From: a virus
Virus record (IMG/VR): IMGVR_UViG_3300038406_000196
Location: 55,207 to 119,206 of that record
Length of the DNA: 64,000 nucleotides
Direction: 5' to 3' (one strand)
The notes under the pieces were generated by a model that made no database searches, was not told the origin of the DNA, and saw only the letters and a list, made by a program, of their open reading frames with translations. Below, piece after piece: positions 45,925-54,842 of the stretch (the stretch's first letter is position 1; every line of letters starts with the position of its first letter). Both the position numbers and the translations under genes were made by a program.

Positions 45925-46280
45925 TGCGGGTCCTCCAGTGGTGGTTTGCCACCCCACACGCGGGCGAGTTTGCCTTCGGTGGTGTTGGCTGGCGGCAGTT
46001 GCGGCTTCTTCGGCTCGGCGGCCGGCGGGAAGACGGGCGTGGCGAGGGCTTCCGTCAGCAGGCCGCCCAGCGCCTCGGTGGTGCCGCCGTCGTCGTTGGC
46101 CCGATGTACGTCCAGGGGCCCGGAGACGACGACACAGCCCTGCCCGCCCGCCGATACGGCGAAGGCGGACAGGGCTTCACGGTCAGCCAGCGACAGGTCT
46201 GCGGCGCCGTCGATGACGAAGGCGAACCGGCCGGGCTCGTCCAGCCGCGATGGCAGGTAGACGACCTGAAGGCGGGCCAT
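45921..46280 (-). CDS. Hypothetical protein in tail module
   Basis: Coupled to neighbours. Confidence 0.6.
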   Translation of the reverse strand: MARLQVVYLPSRLDEPGRFAFVIDGAADLSLADREALSAFAVSAGGQGCVVVSGPLDVHRANDDGGTTEALGGLLTEALATPVFPPAAEPKKPQLPPANTTEGKLARVWGGKPPLEDPQ

Positions 46281-46705
46281 CAGGACTCGCCGCCAGCCGG
46301 CTCTGTGTCCGGGATCAGGCCGCGGCTGGCCAGCTTCTCCCGGTACTCCTCGTTACGCTCGGCCTGCCTGACCTCCTCCTCATCCGGGTACTCGGCGCCG
46401 ATGACAACTCGCTTCGCCACCACGGTCAGCGTGACCAGGACGACTCCCCGGTCCTGCATCTCCATCTCGTGGACCGTCACCGGCACACCGGTTGGGATGA
46501 GCAGCGGCTGCCCGTTGATGCGGATCTCGTCGGGCACGATTACGTCGTCGCCGACGCTGCCGTCGGGCGGCGTGTTGCGGCGCTCCACCACCTCGATGAC
46601 CGCGCCCGTGGGCCGACTCGCGCGACGCGGGGTGCGCTTCATCAGCTCCCCGTCGCCGAACTTCTGCACGTCGGTGACGTGCGGGTTTCCAGCCTTGCTG
46701 TGCAT
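46280..46705 (-). CDS. Hypothetical protein in tail module
   Basis: ggag RBS; VPDEIRINGQPLL. Confidence 0.6.
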   Translation of the reverse strand: MHSKAGNPHVTDVQKFGDGELMKRTPRRASRPTGAVIEVVERRNTPPDGSVGDDVIVPDEIRINGQPLLIPTGVPVTVHEMEMQDRGVVLVTLTVVAKRVVIGAEYPDEEEVRQAERNEEYREKLASRGLIPDTEPAGGES

Positions 46706-46827
46706 TGCGGGTCTCCTTGCTGTTGCGGGTCGTGTTGCGCGGGTCTGTTGGGTGGTACTCGCCGGCCGACCCGACCCGCAGTGAGCCCCTGGGGGCCCGG
46801 AAAAGCCGGCCGGCGAGGATCAGGGGC

Positions 46828-47394
46828 CTACGAGCCGGAGGCCAGGGACGCGTCCAAGTAATAACGGTACATAACGTTGCCGCTTGGGTCCACATAGCAG
46901 GACAGGGTCCACTCGTAGACGGTCACGTTCTCGCCGGACCACACCACGTCGCCGCGCTCGGTGACCTCACCGCGAGGCGCCACCAGACGCAGGGCGCGGT
47001 TGCCGTCGACACCGTGCAGCACCCAGTTGCGGGTGTCGGACACCGGAGGCTTCTCGGCGATCGACACACCCTCAGCGGTCTGGGTGATCGTCGACCCTGG
47101 GTAGTTGACGCCGAGCACCACCAGGCTGGTTTCGGCGGCTGCGAACGTCAGGGTCTTGACGAACTGGCCCGGCACCCTGCGCGCCAAGGCGTTGTTCTGC
47201 CAGATGAAGAAGTCGGTGCGGTCCTGGCTGGTGGCCTCGGTGATGCCATCCGACGAGATAGCCCCGATCTCGCTGAAGCCGCCGGCGAGCGCGGCGGAGG
47301 CGTTGGTCGGCAGGGTGCCGTTGATGACCTGGAATGCCGTGCAGGCGACAAGTCCGTCGGTGTAGGCACGGATGAGATCGACGTCGACCGCCAT
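46828..47394 (-). CDS. Major tail protein
   Basis: IGAISSDGITE...WQ...LTFAAAET...GEVTERGDVVW...YEWTL. Confidence 0.88.
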   Translation of the reverse strand: MAVDVDLIRAYTDGLVACTAFQVINGTLPTNASAALAGGFSEIGAISSDGITEATSQDRTDFFIWQNNALARRVPGQFVKTLTFAAAETSLVVLGVNYPGSTITQTAEGVSIAEKPPVSDTRNWVLHGVDGNRALRLVAPRGEVTERGDVVWSGENVTVYEWTLSCYVDPSGNVMYRYYLDASLASGS

Positions 47395-47475
47395 GATCGG
47401 TCACACTCCTTATTGCATAGTGAGGACCCGGCGGTCGCCGGGTTGCGGGTACTTGGTCTGCGCGGATCGGTTGGT

Positions 47476-47907
47476 CTACAGCGGCGAGTGGTGAATCCAC
47501 AGCCGCGCCGAGGCGCGGAAGCGGGCGAACATCGCCGTGTCGGAGGGCACGAGGGTTGGCACCGACAGCCAGCGGACCTGCTTCACGAAGGCGCCGGTGG
47601 TGGCGTCGGTTGACTTCTCGAACTGGTACCGCATCGCCACGCGGATCACGTCGGTGATCGCCTTCACCCGGTCGGGACTCCGGGCGTAGCAGTTGATCTC
47701 AAGGTCGGCGATGTCCAGCGTTGGCACCGCATCGCCGGGGCTGGACGGCAGCAGCTTGACCCGCACCAGCCGCTGCGAGTGCTGGATGTTCTGGTCGCTG
47801 GGGTTCGGCTCGCCGGTGGTGACCAGTACCCGGTCGGTGCCGGCGCCGGGGAACACGTTGGCGATCAGCCACCGTTGAACGATCTGCTCCGGGTCGGCGT
47901 ACGGCAT
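47476..47907 (-). CDS. Tail terminator
   Basis: Position upstream of major tail protein; LDIADLEINCYA. Confidence 0.75.
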   Translation of the reverse strand: MPYADPEQIVQRWLIANVFPGAGTDRVLVTTGEPNPSDQNIQHSQRLVRVKLLPSSPGDAVPTLDIADLEINCYARSPDRVKAITDVIRVAMRYQFEKSTDATTGAFVKQVRWLSVPTLVPSDTAMFARFRASARLWIHHSPL

Positions 47908-47922
47908 CGTCGCCTCCCGTGC

Positions 47923-48267
47923 TCAGCCCTTGACTGCCGCGTGGAGCGCGGTTTCCAGCGTGTGGTGGGCGTTGACGTGCTCGTTGCCGACCTCGACAGC
48001 CTCGGCGTACATGAACCCCTCGTCCGAGGTGGCGTCGTTCGACAGCCGGGCGAACGCCACGCCACGCTCGTTGACACCGGTCTCGATCGCACCGGGGCGC
48101 TCAAAGCGGCCCTTGTAGCGGCCGGACAGGACGGGCGCGATCGCCATCGCCAGCAGCCGTACCCGCTCCATGCGCCGTTCCATCTCGTCCTGCATGTACT
48201 GGGCGGCGAGCATCCGCCGCACGCCGGCCTGGTTGACCCGTACCCTGGTCACGCGGAGAGCGGTCAC
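47923..48267 (-). CDS. HK97 gp10-like tail completion protein
   Basis: APVLSGRYK...YAEAVEVG...HHTL. Confidence 0.8.
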   Translation of the reverse strand: MTALRVTRVRVNQAGVRRMLAAQYMQDEMERRMERVRLLAMAIAPVLSGRYKGRFERPGAIETGVNERGVAFARLSNDATSDEGFMYAEAVEVGNEHVNAHHTLETALHAAVKG

Positions 48268-48287
48268 AGCTAACCCCCACTCAGGGC

Positions 48288-49199
48288 TCAGCCGAACAGC
48301 GCCTCTTGCTCGCAGCCACTCAGCCTGGTTCGACTCCGCCGGACGTTGCATCGCAGGTGTGTCGCCCGCGTGTTCGCTCGCGTATGAGGCCCGCCCAGCG
48401 ACAGGGGGATGATGTGGTCGAGGCTCACGCACAGCGAGTCAGGCCACCGACGCTTCTTGCTAATGCGCCTCCGGCAGATGCCGCACACCCAGCCATCGCG
48501 CTCGAACACCTCGATGGCCTCGAACACCTCGGACTCGGCCGCGCGCTTTCTCGCTCGCCGCCTATGGGTTGAGTTACGTTCGAGTTCCCGGCTCTTCTCC
48601 AGGTTCACTAGGCGCCATTGCTCGGCTTTCCGCTTCTTGTGTGCAATACCACACCGAACGCACCGCTTCCGGGTCCATCCATAGAACGGCACGGGAACTA
48701 GTTCGCCGCAGTCTGCGCAGGCTATAGCCTCGGGCACTATCTTCGGCTCGTACTCCTCGATGTGCCTACGGTCGAGGCGACACCGCCGGCAACGCTTCGG
48801 CGCGGGGCCATACCTTGCGCAGTCGACCGACTTCCCGCAGCCGAAGCAGATTGTTGTCCGACCTTCCGTCTGGTACTTCGCCAGCTGCCGAGCCGAGAGC
48901 CTCTTGGCCTCGCGCCGCGAAAACCACGTAGTGCGCGTAGCGACACAGGTCGGGCACCGCCTCGGCGGCGGCCCCATTAGTTTCGTCCTCGGGAACACGC
49001 CACCGCAGCCCTGGCAGGTGTACTCCACGACTTGCGGTATGCCGTGGTACCGCCGACGAAGCGAGGCGTTCCGGCTAGCGCGATCCGCCGCCTTGCGACA
49101 GCCCGCGCACATGGTGGGCGCGCGTCCAGTCGCCGTCTTCCGGAATATCGGAATGCCGCAGTCGCGACAGACCAGCCCAGCACTGTTAACCTCTGCCAC
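48288..49199 (-). CDS. HNH homing endonuclease with several zinc ribbons
   Basis: Repeated CxxC pairs; ERDGWVCGIC...SLDHIIPLSLGGPHTRANTRATHLRCN. Confidence 0.9.
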   Translation of the reverse strand: MAEVNSAGLVCRDCGIPIFRKTATGRAPTMCAGCRKAADRASRNASLRRRYHGIPQVVEYTCQGCGGVFPRTKLMGPPPRRCPTCVATRTTWFSRREAKRLSARQLAKYQTEGRTTICFGCGKSVDCARYGPAPKRCRRCRLDRRHIEEYEPKIVPEAIACADCGELVPVPFYGWTRKRCVRCGIAHKKRKAEQWRLVNLEKSRELERNSTHRRRARKRAAESEVFEAIEVFERDGWVCGICRRRISKKRRWPDSLCVSLDHIIPLSLGGPHTRANTRATHLRCNVRRSRTRLSGCEQEALFG

Positions 49200-49302
49200 G
49201 TCGGGACCTCTCACACAGGTTCTGACCATGCCCCGGGGGTGTTTGCGCACCCGCCGGGGTCTCGCTGCCAGTCTACACGATCAGCTGTACGACCTAGGCC
49301 GC

Positions 49303-50031
49303 CTAGATGAACGTTTCGTCGCCCCATGAAACGGGTGCCGGGAACGACCACAGTGGTAAGAGCGCTGAAGCTGGGTCTGTCGGGTCCGTGCCGGTTGCTG
49401 CCTCGTTGGCCCGCGCCAGGTCCTCGCGTGCAGCCGTTGCCTGGGCGCACAGCTCCTTGGCTCGCGGTAGCGACTGTTCCTGCTGCTGAGCCGGGTAGGC
49501 CAATTCGATGCTGCACGCAGCCCGCATCGCCGCCACGACCGAGGCCATATCGAACAGCGACTCGTCGATATCGCCGGTTCGGGACAGTACCCACGCCACC
49601 GCGTCGGCGATCAGGCGGTCAGCTTGGACTCCGGTCGGCATCGTAGTCGAATCGAACGTATAGACATGCGTCTCTACGTCGCGCGCCAGAGTCCGGCCGA
49701 AGATGTAGTTCGCCACCCGGCTACGGCCCGGTCGCCACAGCGGGCCGCCTGCCACCGGCGACGGGACGACGTACACCTCGACGTCCTCGGCACCCGCGCC
49801 GGTCCCGGTGACAGTCCAGTTCAGCACCCACAGCCCGGCTGCGTCGTAGGTGATCGCAGCGGAGGTCAGGCGCACCACCCCAGCCAGCACCGCCCCGGCG
49901 GCGACAGCGGGGGTTTGGTCGGTGCCACCCGGCGGGGCGGTGACGGTCAGCGTGCCGTCGGTGGTGCCGTCGGCCGGCTGCACGTCCAAATATGCAGATT
50001 CCCGATCACCGATCCCGGCGTCGGATGCCAT
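49303..50031 (-). CDS. Head-tail adaptor-like protein with N-terminal beta domain
   Basis: Position in neck module; helical C-terminal domain. Confidence 0.6.
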   Translation of the reverse strand: MASDAGIGDRESAYLDVQPADGTTDGTLTVTAPPGGTDQTPAVAAGAVLAGVVRLTSAAITYDAAGLWVLNWTVTGTGAGAEDVEVYVVPSPVAGGPLWRPGRSRVANYIFGRTLARDVETHVYTFDSTTMPTGVQADRLIADAVAWVLSRTGDIDESLFDMASVVAAMRAACSIELAYPAQQQEQSLPRAKELCAQATAAREDLARANEAATGTDPTDPASALLPLWSFPAPVSWGDETFI

Positions 50032-50049
50032 CCGGCCACCTCCCTGCGG

Positions 50050-53000
50050 TCAGAACGGGCGGGTGAAGCTCGGTGTCAGGGACGGGCGGGTCCCACCCGG
50101 GGTGAGTACGTGGGGCAGGAGCGGCGTCTCGTCGGTCACCACCGTGCCGTCGGCCGTGTGCCCGTGCGAGGCGTCCGCAGCGGCGACCAGCTGGTGCAGT
50201 TGCGTCAACGCCGCCAGCTCGGCGGCCTGTCCGTGGACGGCGGCGTCGACCGCGATGGTGTGGACCTGCGTCAACGCCGGCTGGCCAGCGGTGTGGGCAT
50301 GGCTGGTGTCGGCGGCGGCAAGCGTGGGCCCGTCGGTCAGGGCCGGCTGGTCGGCTACCTGGCCGTGGCTGGCGGACAGTGTTTCCACGTCGTGGACCGA
50401 CGTGATGCCAGCGCCTCCGGTATCCTGCACGTGCGTCATGTTGTCCGGCGCAAGGTCATGGACCTGGTCGAGCACCGGCGCGTCGGCGGTCTGCCCGTGG
50501 CTGTCGCCCTCGGCGGCCACCTGGTGGGCTTGCTTAACATCCGGGGCGGTGGCGGTGTGGCCGTGCTGGGCGTCGGCGGCCGTGAGTTGCTGGCCTTGGC
50601 TCACCGTAGGCTGACCGGCCGTGTGTCCGTGGGCGGCGGCGTCTGGTGTCAGCTCGTGAAGCTGGGTGATCGGCGGCAGGTCGGCCGTCTGGGTGTGTGC
50701 CGTATCGGCCGCCGCGACGGCATGCTGCTGGGCCAGAGTCGGCGACCCGGCGGTCTGCCCGTGGGAGGCGTCGGCCGGGTCGAGCCCGTGGACCTGGACC
50801 ACCGTTGCACTGTCGGCGGTCTGGGTGTGGGTCGTGTCCGCCGTGGCCAGGTCGTGGGCCTGGGTCATGGCCGGGCTGGCTGCGGTGTGGCCGTGGGTAG
50901 CGTCGTCGGTGAGGATGTCCCCGGCGCCGGATAGCGTCGGCTGATCCGCCGCGTGGCCGTGCGTCGAGTCGGCAGCAGCCAATGCGTGGAGCTGGGTGAG
51001 CGTCGGCGCGTCGGCGACCTGCTGGTGCGAGGCGTCCGCGGCGGCGATGCCGTGGACCTGGGTGAGAGCCGGTTCGACTGCCGTCTGCCCGTGGCTTGTG
51101 CCGTCGGCGGCCAGGTCATGGACCTGGGTCAGTGTGGACGCGTCCGCCGTCTGCCCGTGGGCGGTGTCCTCGGCGGCGAGTTGATGCGCCTGCGTCACGA
51201 CCGGTTCGGTCGCGGTGTGCCCGTGCGAGGTGTCGTCGGCGAGGATGTCGCCAGCGCCGGTCAGGGCCGGCTCGTCGGCGCTCTGCGCGTGCGAGGCGTC
51301 GTCGGCGGCCAGCGCGTGGACCTGGGTCACTGCAGGTTCGGCGGCGGTGTGCTGGTGGCTGGCCCCGTCTGGCGCCAGGTCGTGCGCCTGCGTGAGAGCT
51401 GGGGTCACGGCAGTGTGGCCGTGGCTGGCGTCGTCGGCCGCCAGCTGATGTGCCTGGCTCAGGTCGGCCGCTGCGGCGGTGTGGCCGTGCGAAGCGTCGT
51501 CCGGGGCTACGGCGTGGGCCTGGGTGAGCGTCGGCTGGTCCGCTGCTTGTCCGTGGCTGGCGTCGTCGGCCGCAACCTGGTGGGACTGAGTGAGCGCCGC
51601 CGGCTCGGCGGTGTGGCCGTGGGTGGCGGAGTCCACTGTGATGCCGTGGGCCTGCGTCAACGTCGGCTGGTCGGCAGTGTGGGCATGGGCGGCGTCGGCC
51701 GCGGCAATCTCGTGGGCCTGGGTCAGGGCGGGCGCATCCGCCGTCTGCTCGTGGGCCGAGTCGGCCGCCGCGAGCCCATGCGCCTGGGTGAGTGCCGGGC
51801 TGGCTGCGGTGTGGCCGTGGGTCGAACCGTCGCCGGCCACCGTGTGCGCCTGGCCGAGCACCGGCGCGTCCGCCGTGTGCCCGTGGCCGGCGTCGGCCGC
51901 CGTCAGGCCGTGGGCCTGGGTGAGAGCCGGTTCGGCTGCCGCAGTTGCGTGGGTGGCATCGGCTGCCGCTACCGCATGGGCCTGGGTCAGGGCCGGCTGG
52001 GTGGAGGTGTGGCCGTGGGAGGTGTCGGCGGCTGCCAGCTGGTGGATGTGCGCAACGGTGGTCCCGTCGGCCGTCTGACCGTGGGTGGTGTCATCCGGGG
52101 TGAGGCTGTGGACCTGACCCAGGGCCGGCCCGTCGGCGGTGTGCGCGTGCGTCGCGCCTGCTGCCGCAACCTCGTGCTGCGCCTCGACCGTCGACGCCTC
52201 GGCCGTGTGACCATGCGAGGCGTCGTCGGCAGCGAGGATATGCGTCTGTGTCAGCAGCGGCCCGCGGCCCGCCCGGAAGTCGTCGACCACCCAGGCGTAG
52301 GCGGACGAGTGACCGGCGGAAGGCGTGCCGAAGTCCAGCCGGAAGTTGGTGTACAGCCCGCTCGTGAGCCCGGCAACCCCGGCTGTGAGGTAGGTGCTGT
52401 CGGTGACCTCGTGCGTCCAGGCGGAGGGTTCTGGGTCGGCCAGCTTCCACGCCTTGAACTTCAGCTGGTCGCCGATTGCTTGCAGCCGCAGCCGGATCGG
52501 TGTGCCGTCAAGTCCGGTCAGCACGTTGGCTGCCGTTGCGAGCAGGCTGGCGGATCCCGATGTGTAGCGGTGGATGACCAGCGTCAGGGTTCCCGTAGTG
52601 GTGACCACGTAACGGAACCGGTAGCCGGTGTCGGTCAGCCCGGCCGCCTGAAGCCGCACGAGAATGTTCGCGCCGAGCGCCAGTGCACTCGGGACGACGG
52701 TGGTTCCGCCCGTGAACGTGATGTCCAGGTCTGCTGGCATGTCGGGGTAGCTGACTGACGTGGGGTCAGTGCCAGAGCTGGCGAGGCCCTGGGTGCCGTT
52801 GACGCTGAGCTGGGTGGGCTCCCGCGTCGCCACCCAGCTGCCACCCCAACCGCCGGTGACGCTGCGGGTGAACGTGTCGGCGAAGTCTTCATCCTGCGTC
52901 AGGACGGCGCCGATTGCGTGGCTGGCCGAGTCGGCGGCCAGGTTGTGCGCCTGCGTCGCCGTCGGCGAGTCGGCGGTGTGGCCGTGGCTGGCCGAGTCCA

Positions 53001-53715
53001 CCGCCAGGTTGTGGGCCTGGGTCAGCGCCGGTGCATCAGCCGCATGCCCGTGGTCGGTGTCCGCCGCAACCACATCGACGGTGGGTATCCCGGCACCCAC
53101 CAGCGCCACCGTGCACGACCTGGGAACGAAGGAGGACCCTGCCGAAAACGACCAGGTGGCGGTACCCGTCGAGCCGGTCGTCGCCCGGGACACCCCGGCG
53201 AACGCGGCCAGCGACCCGCCCTCGCTGGAGTCTGCGGAGGCGTTCTGGGTGAACACCTGCGCACCGTCGGAGGTTCCCGACGGGTAGTTCGCCACCGGGG
53301 CGGCATGGTTCCACGCGTTGTTGGTCATCACCCGGCAGACCCGGGTGCCGGCAACAGTTGTGGTGACCGAGGGGCTGGTCAGGTTAGTCGAGAAGGCGGC
53401 GGAGACATCAACCGAGGTGTCTTGGTCGAACCCGATGACGAGGACGCTGGCCGAGCGGGTGTTCGACGGCGCAGTCCACGACGTACCAGGTGTTGCCGTG
53501 TTGGACAGGTACACAGCGGTGGCGTTGTCGACGTCGGTAGCTTCGGACCGCACCACAGTCCACCCAGAAGGGGGGGTGACCAGCGCCCCGCCGCCGGATG
53601 AGCGCCGGCACGAGGAGATTGCCAGCCATGACACACCAGTCGGCAGGCTGGCGGTGAACGCGCCAGCGCTGTTGCGTCCGCCCGAGGCGGAGCCGGAGAC
53701 GTCGGGGATAGCCAT
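50050..53715 (-). CDS. Large virion fibre-like protein with His-rich 22-aa repeats and lectin-like insert
   Basis: About 35 repeats TQAHxLAADDASHGHTAxxPxL; located in the head module. Confidence 0.75.
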   Translation of the reverse strand: MAIPDVSGSASGGRNSAGAFTASLPTGVSWLAISSCRRSSGGGALVTPPSGWTVVRSEATDVDNATAVYLSNTATPGTSWTAPSNTRSASVLVIGFDQDTSVDVSAAFSTNLTSPSVTTTVAGTRVCRVMTNNAWNHAAPVANYPSGTSDGAQVFTQNASADSSEGGSLAAFAGVSRATTGSTGTATWSFSAGSSFVPRSCTVALVGAGIPTVDVVAADTDHGHAADAPALTQAHNLAVDSASHGHTADSPTATQAHNLAADSASHAIGAVLTQDEDFADTFTRSVTGGWGGSWVATREPTQLSVNGTQGLASSGTDPTSVSYPDMPADLDITFTGGTTVVPSALALGANILVRLQAAGLTDTGYRFRYVVTTTGTLTLVIHRYTSGSASLLATAANVLTGLDGTPIRLRLQAIGDQLKFKAWKLADPEPSAWTHEVTDSTYLTAGVAGLTSGLYTNFRLDFGTPSAGHSSAYAWVVDDFRAGRGPLLTQTHILAADDASHGHTAEASTVEAQHEVAAAGATHAHTADGPALGQVHSLTPDDTTHGQTADGTTVAHIHQLAAADTSHGHTSTQPALTQAHAVAAADATHATAAAEPALTQAHGLTAADAGHGHTADAPVLGQAHTVAGDGSTHGHTAASPALTQAHGLAAADSAHEQTADAPALTQAHEIAAADAAHAHTADQPTLTQAHGITVDSATHGHTAEPAALTQSHQVAADDASHGQAADQPTLTQAHAVAPDDASHGHTAAAADLSQAHQLAADDASHGHTAVTPALTQAHDLAPDGASHQHTAAEPAVTQVHALAADDASHAQSADEPALTGAGDILADDTSHGHTATEPVVTQAHQLAAEDTAHGQTADASTLTQVHDLAADGTSHGQTAVEPALTQVHGIAAADASHQQVADAPTLTQLHALAAADSTHGHAADQPTLSGAGDILTDDATHGHTAASPAMTQAHDLATADTTHTQTADSATVVQVHGLDPADASHGQTAGSPTLAQQHAVAAADTAHTQTADLPPITQLHELTPDAAAHGHTAGQPTVSQGQQLTAADAQHGHTATAPDVKQAHQVAAEGDSHGQTADAPVLDQVHDLAPDNMTHVQDTGGAGITSVHDVETLSASHGQVADQPALTDGPTLAAADTSHAHTAGQPALTQVHTIAVDAAVHGQAAELAALTQLHQLVAAADASHGHTADGTVVTDETPLLPHVLTPGGTRPSLTPSFTRPF
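50138..52251 (-). repeat. 32 tandem 66-bp coding repeats
   Basis: Counted from the translation, TQTHIL to TQLHQL. Confidence 0.85.
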
Positions 53716-53755
53716 GGCGTCTCCTCACGTCTTCCGCGCTCCGTCTACGGTCAGG

Positions 53756-53863
53756 TCAGGTAGGAGATTCGATCTCGATGTCCCATGCGCCGACGTTGGC
53801 GGTGTTGCCGGAGGTCAGCGCCTGGCTTGAGCAGGTGGTGATGTAGCGGATCAAGTCGCCCAC
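53756..53863 (-). pseudogene. Duplicated 3' remnant of the 54224-54616 gene
   Basis: DLIRYITTCSSQALTSGNTANVGAWDIEIESPT vs DLLRYVTTCTSQAVTSGNTANVGAWDIEIEDPT. Confidence 0.8.
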
Positions 53864-53865
53864 AC

Positions 53866-54204
53866 CTAGGACTCGCATATCGCGAATACCTCTAGGTCAA
53901 CGTCAAGAGTGTGATCGTTCTTGACGTCGACGTTCCAGCGCGCTGGAACGGTGGTGGGGATGTAACCGGTTGGAAACGAGCCGACCACCCGGTAAGGAAG
54001 ACTGGGGGAAGACAGCGCACGATATCCGCCACCCGTGACCACATCTCCCAGGTCGCACTCAACGAATTCGCTAGTGTTTAATCCTGCTGTAAACGTGCGC
54101 GTGTCCAACACAATATACGTGTTTGCGGGACCAGCGCTTGCCGGGAGCGCAAATGTCATTGCGCCCAATACCGCACCGAGGATTAGGAGTGCTATGGGTC
54201 TCAC
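53866..54204 (-). CDS. Low-GC secreted protein (moron)
   Basis: Signal peptide ending ASA; C..G.VVTGGG...VFAIC; many A/T-ending codons. Confidence 0.75.
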   Translation of the reverse strand: MRPIALLILGAVLGAMTFALPASAGPANTYIVLDTRTFTAGLNTSEFVECDLGDVVTGGGYRALSSPSLPYRVVGSFPTGYIPTTVPARWNVDVKNDHTLDVDLEVFAICES

Positions 54205-54223
54205 TGGATCTCCTTCCGAGTTT

Positions 54224-54616
54224 CTACGGCGTTGGGTCCTCGATCTCGATGTCCCACGCACCCACGTTGGCTGTGTTGCCGGACGTGACGGCCTGGCTGG
54301 TGCAGGTGGTGACGTACCGGAGCAGGTCTGTGGCGCCGCCGGTGGCGAGCACCACGTGGGTGGCCGTGCCCGAGGCGTCCACTGTGGCACCGTTCTGCGC
54401 GGCAACGGTGACTTTCCGGCCGGACACATCCCCCGCGCCGACCGTGAAGTCGCCGTTGCCGTCGCCGGGCGTCAACGTCACCGGACCGACCAGGGTCACG
54501 GCGGCGATGCCGGCATAGTTGGCCGGCTCTGCCGAGCACACGTACAGTTCGTCGGCCAGCGCCGCCTGCGCCAGGCTGCCGGAGTCGTAGAAGGTGTCCG
54601 GAGCTGCCTTGCCCAT
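54224..54616 (-). CDS. Virion structural protein
   Basis: Gly/Thr/Ala-rich beta protein in the head module. Confidence 0.7.
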   Translation of the reverse strand: MGKAAPDTFYDSGSLAQAALADELYVCSAEPANYAGIAAVTLVGPVTLTPGDGNGDFTVGAGDVSGRKVTVAAQNGATVDASGTATHVVLATGGATDLLRYVTTCTSQAVTSGNTANVGAWDIEIEDPTP

Positions 54617-54617
54617 G

Positions 54618-54842
54618 TCATGCCCCCTTCGGGTTGCTGGTCTGCGCCTTGTGGACCGCGTTGTCCGGCTTGACCTTCACCGGCCCAGATGCGGGCGCGG
54701 CACCGGGCAGGGTGTAGTCGGGGGATGTGGCCCAGCCGTGCCCGACGAACCTCGCCCCGTCGAAGTCGGGCACGTCGTACTCGGTGCCCGGTTCGTAGGT
54801 CTTGGTGCCGTCGCGGAACAGCTGCGTTGGTGTGATCTTCAC
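54618..54842 (-). CDS. Small head-module protein
   Basis: ggagg RBS, GTGA coupling; YEPGTEYDVPDFDGARFVGHGWA. Confidence 0.65.
   Translation of the reverse strand: MKITPTQLFRDGTKTYEPGTEYDVPDFDGARFVGHGWATSPDYTLPGAAPASGPVKVKPDNAVHKAQTSNPKGA

Noticed and set aside
47923-50031. Missing head-closure (stopper) gene as a sign of a defective phage
   Set aside because: Some neck types lack a separate stopper and assignments here are positional; cannot be supported.
50138-52251. CRISPR array (66-bp period)
   Set aside because: Repeats are degenerate and in-frame coding, with no constant repeat/unique spacer pattern and no cas genes.
39736-52882. Diversity-generating retroelement or invertase shuffling
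   Set aside because: No reverse transcriptase or invertase; the shared sequence is short, direct and shows no adenine-specific variation.
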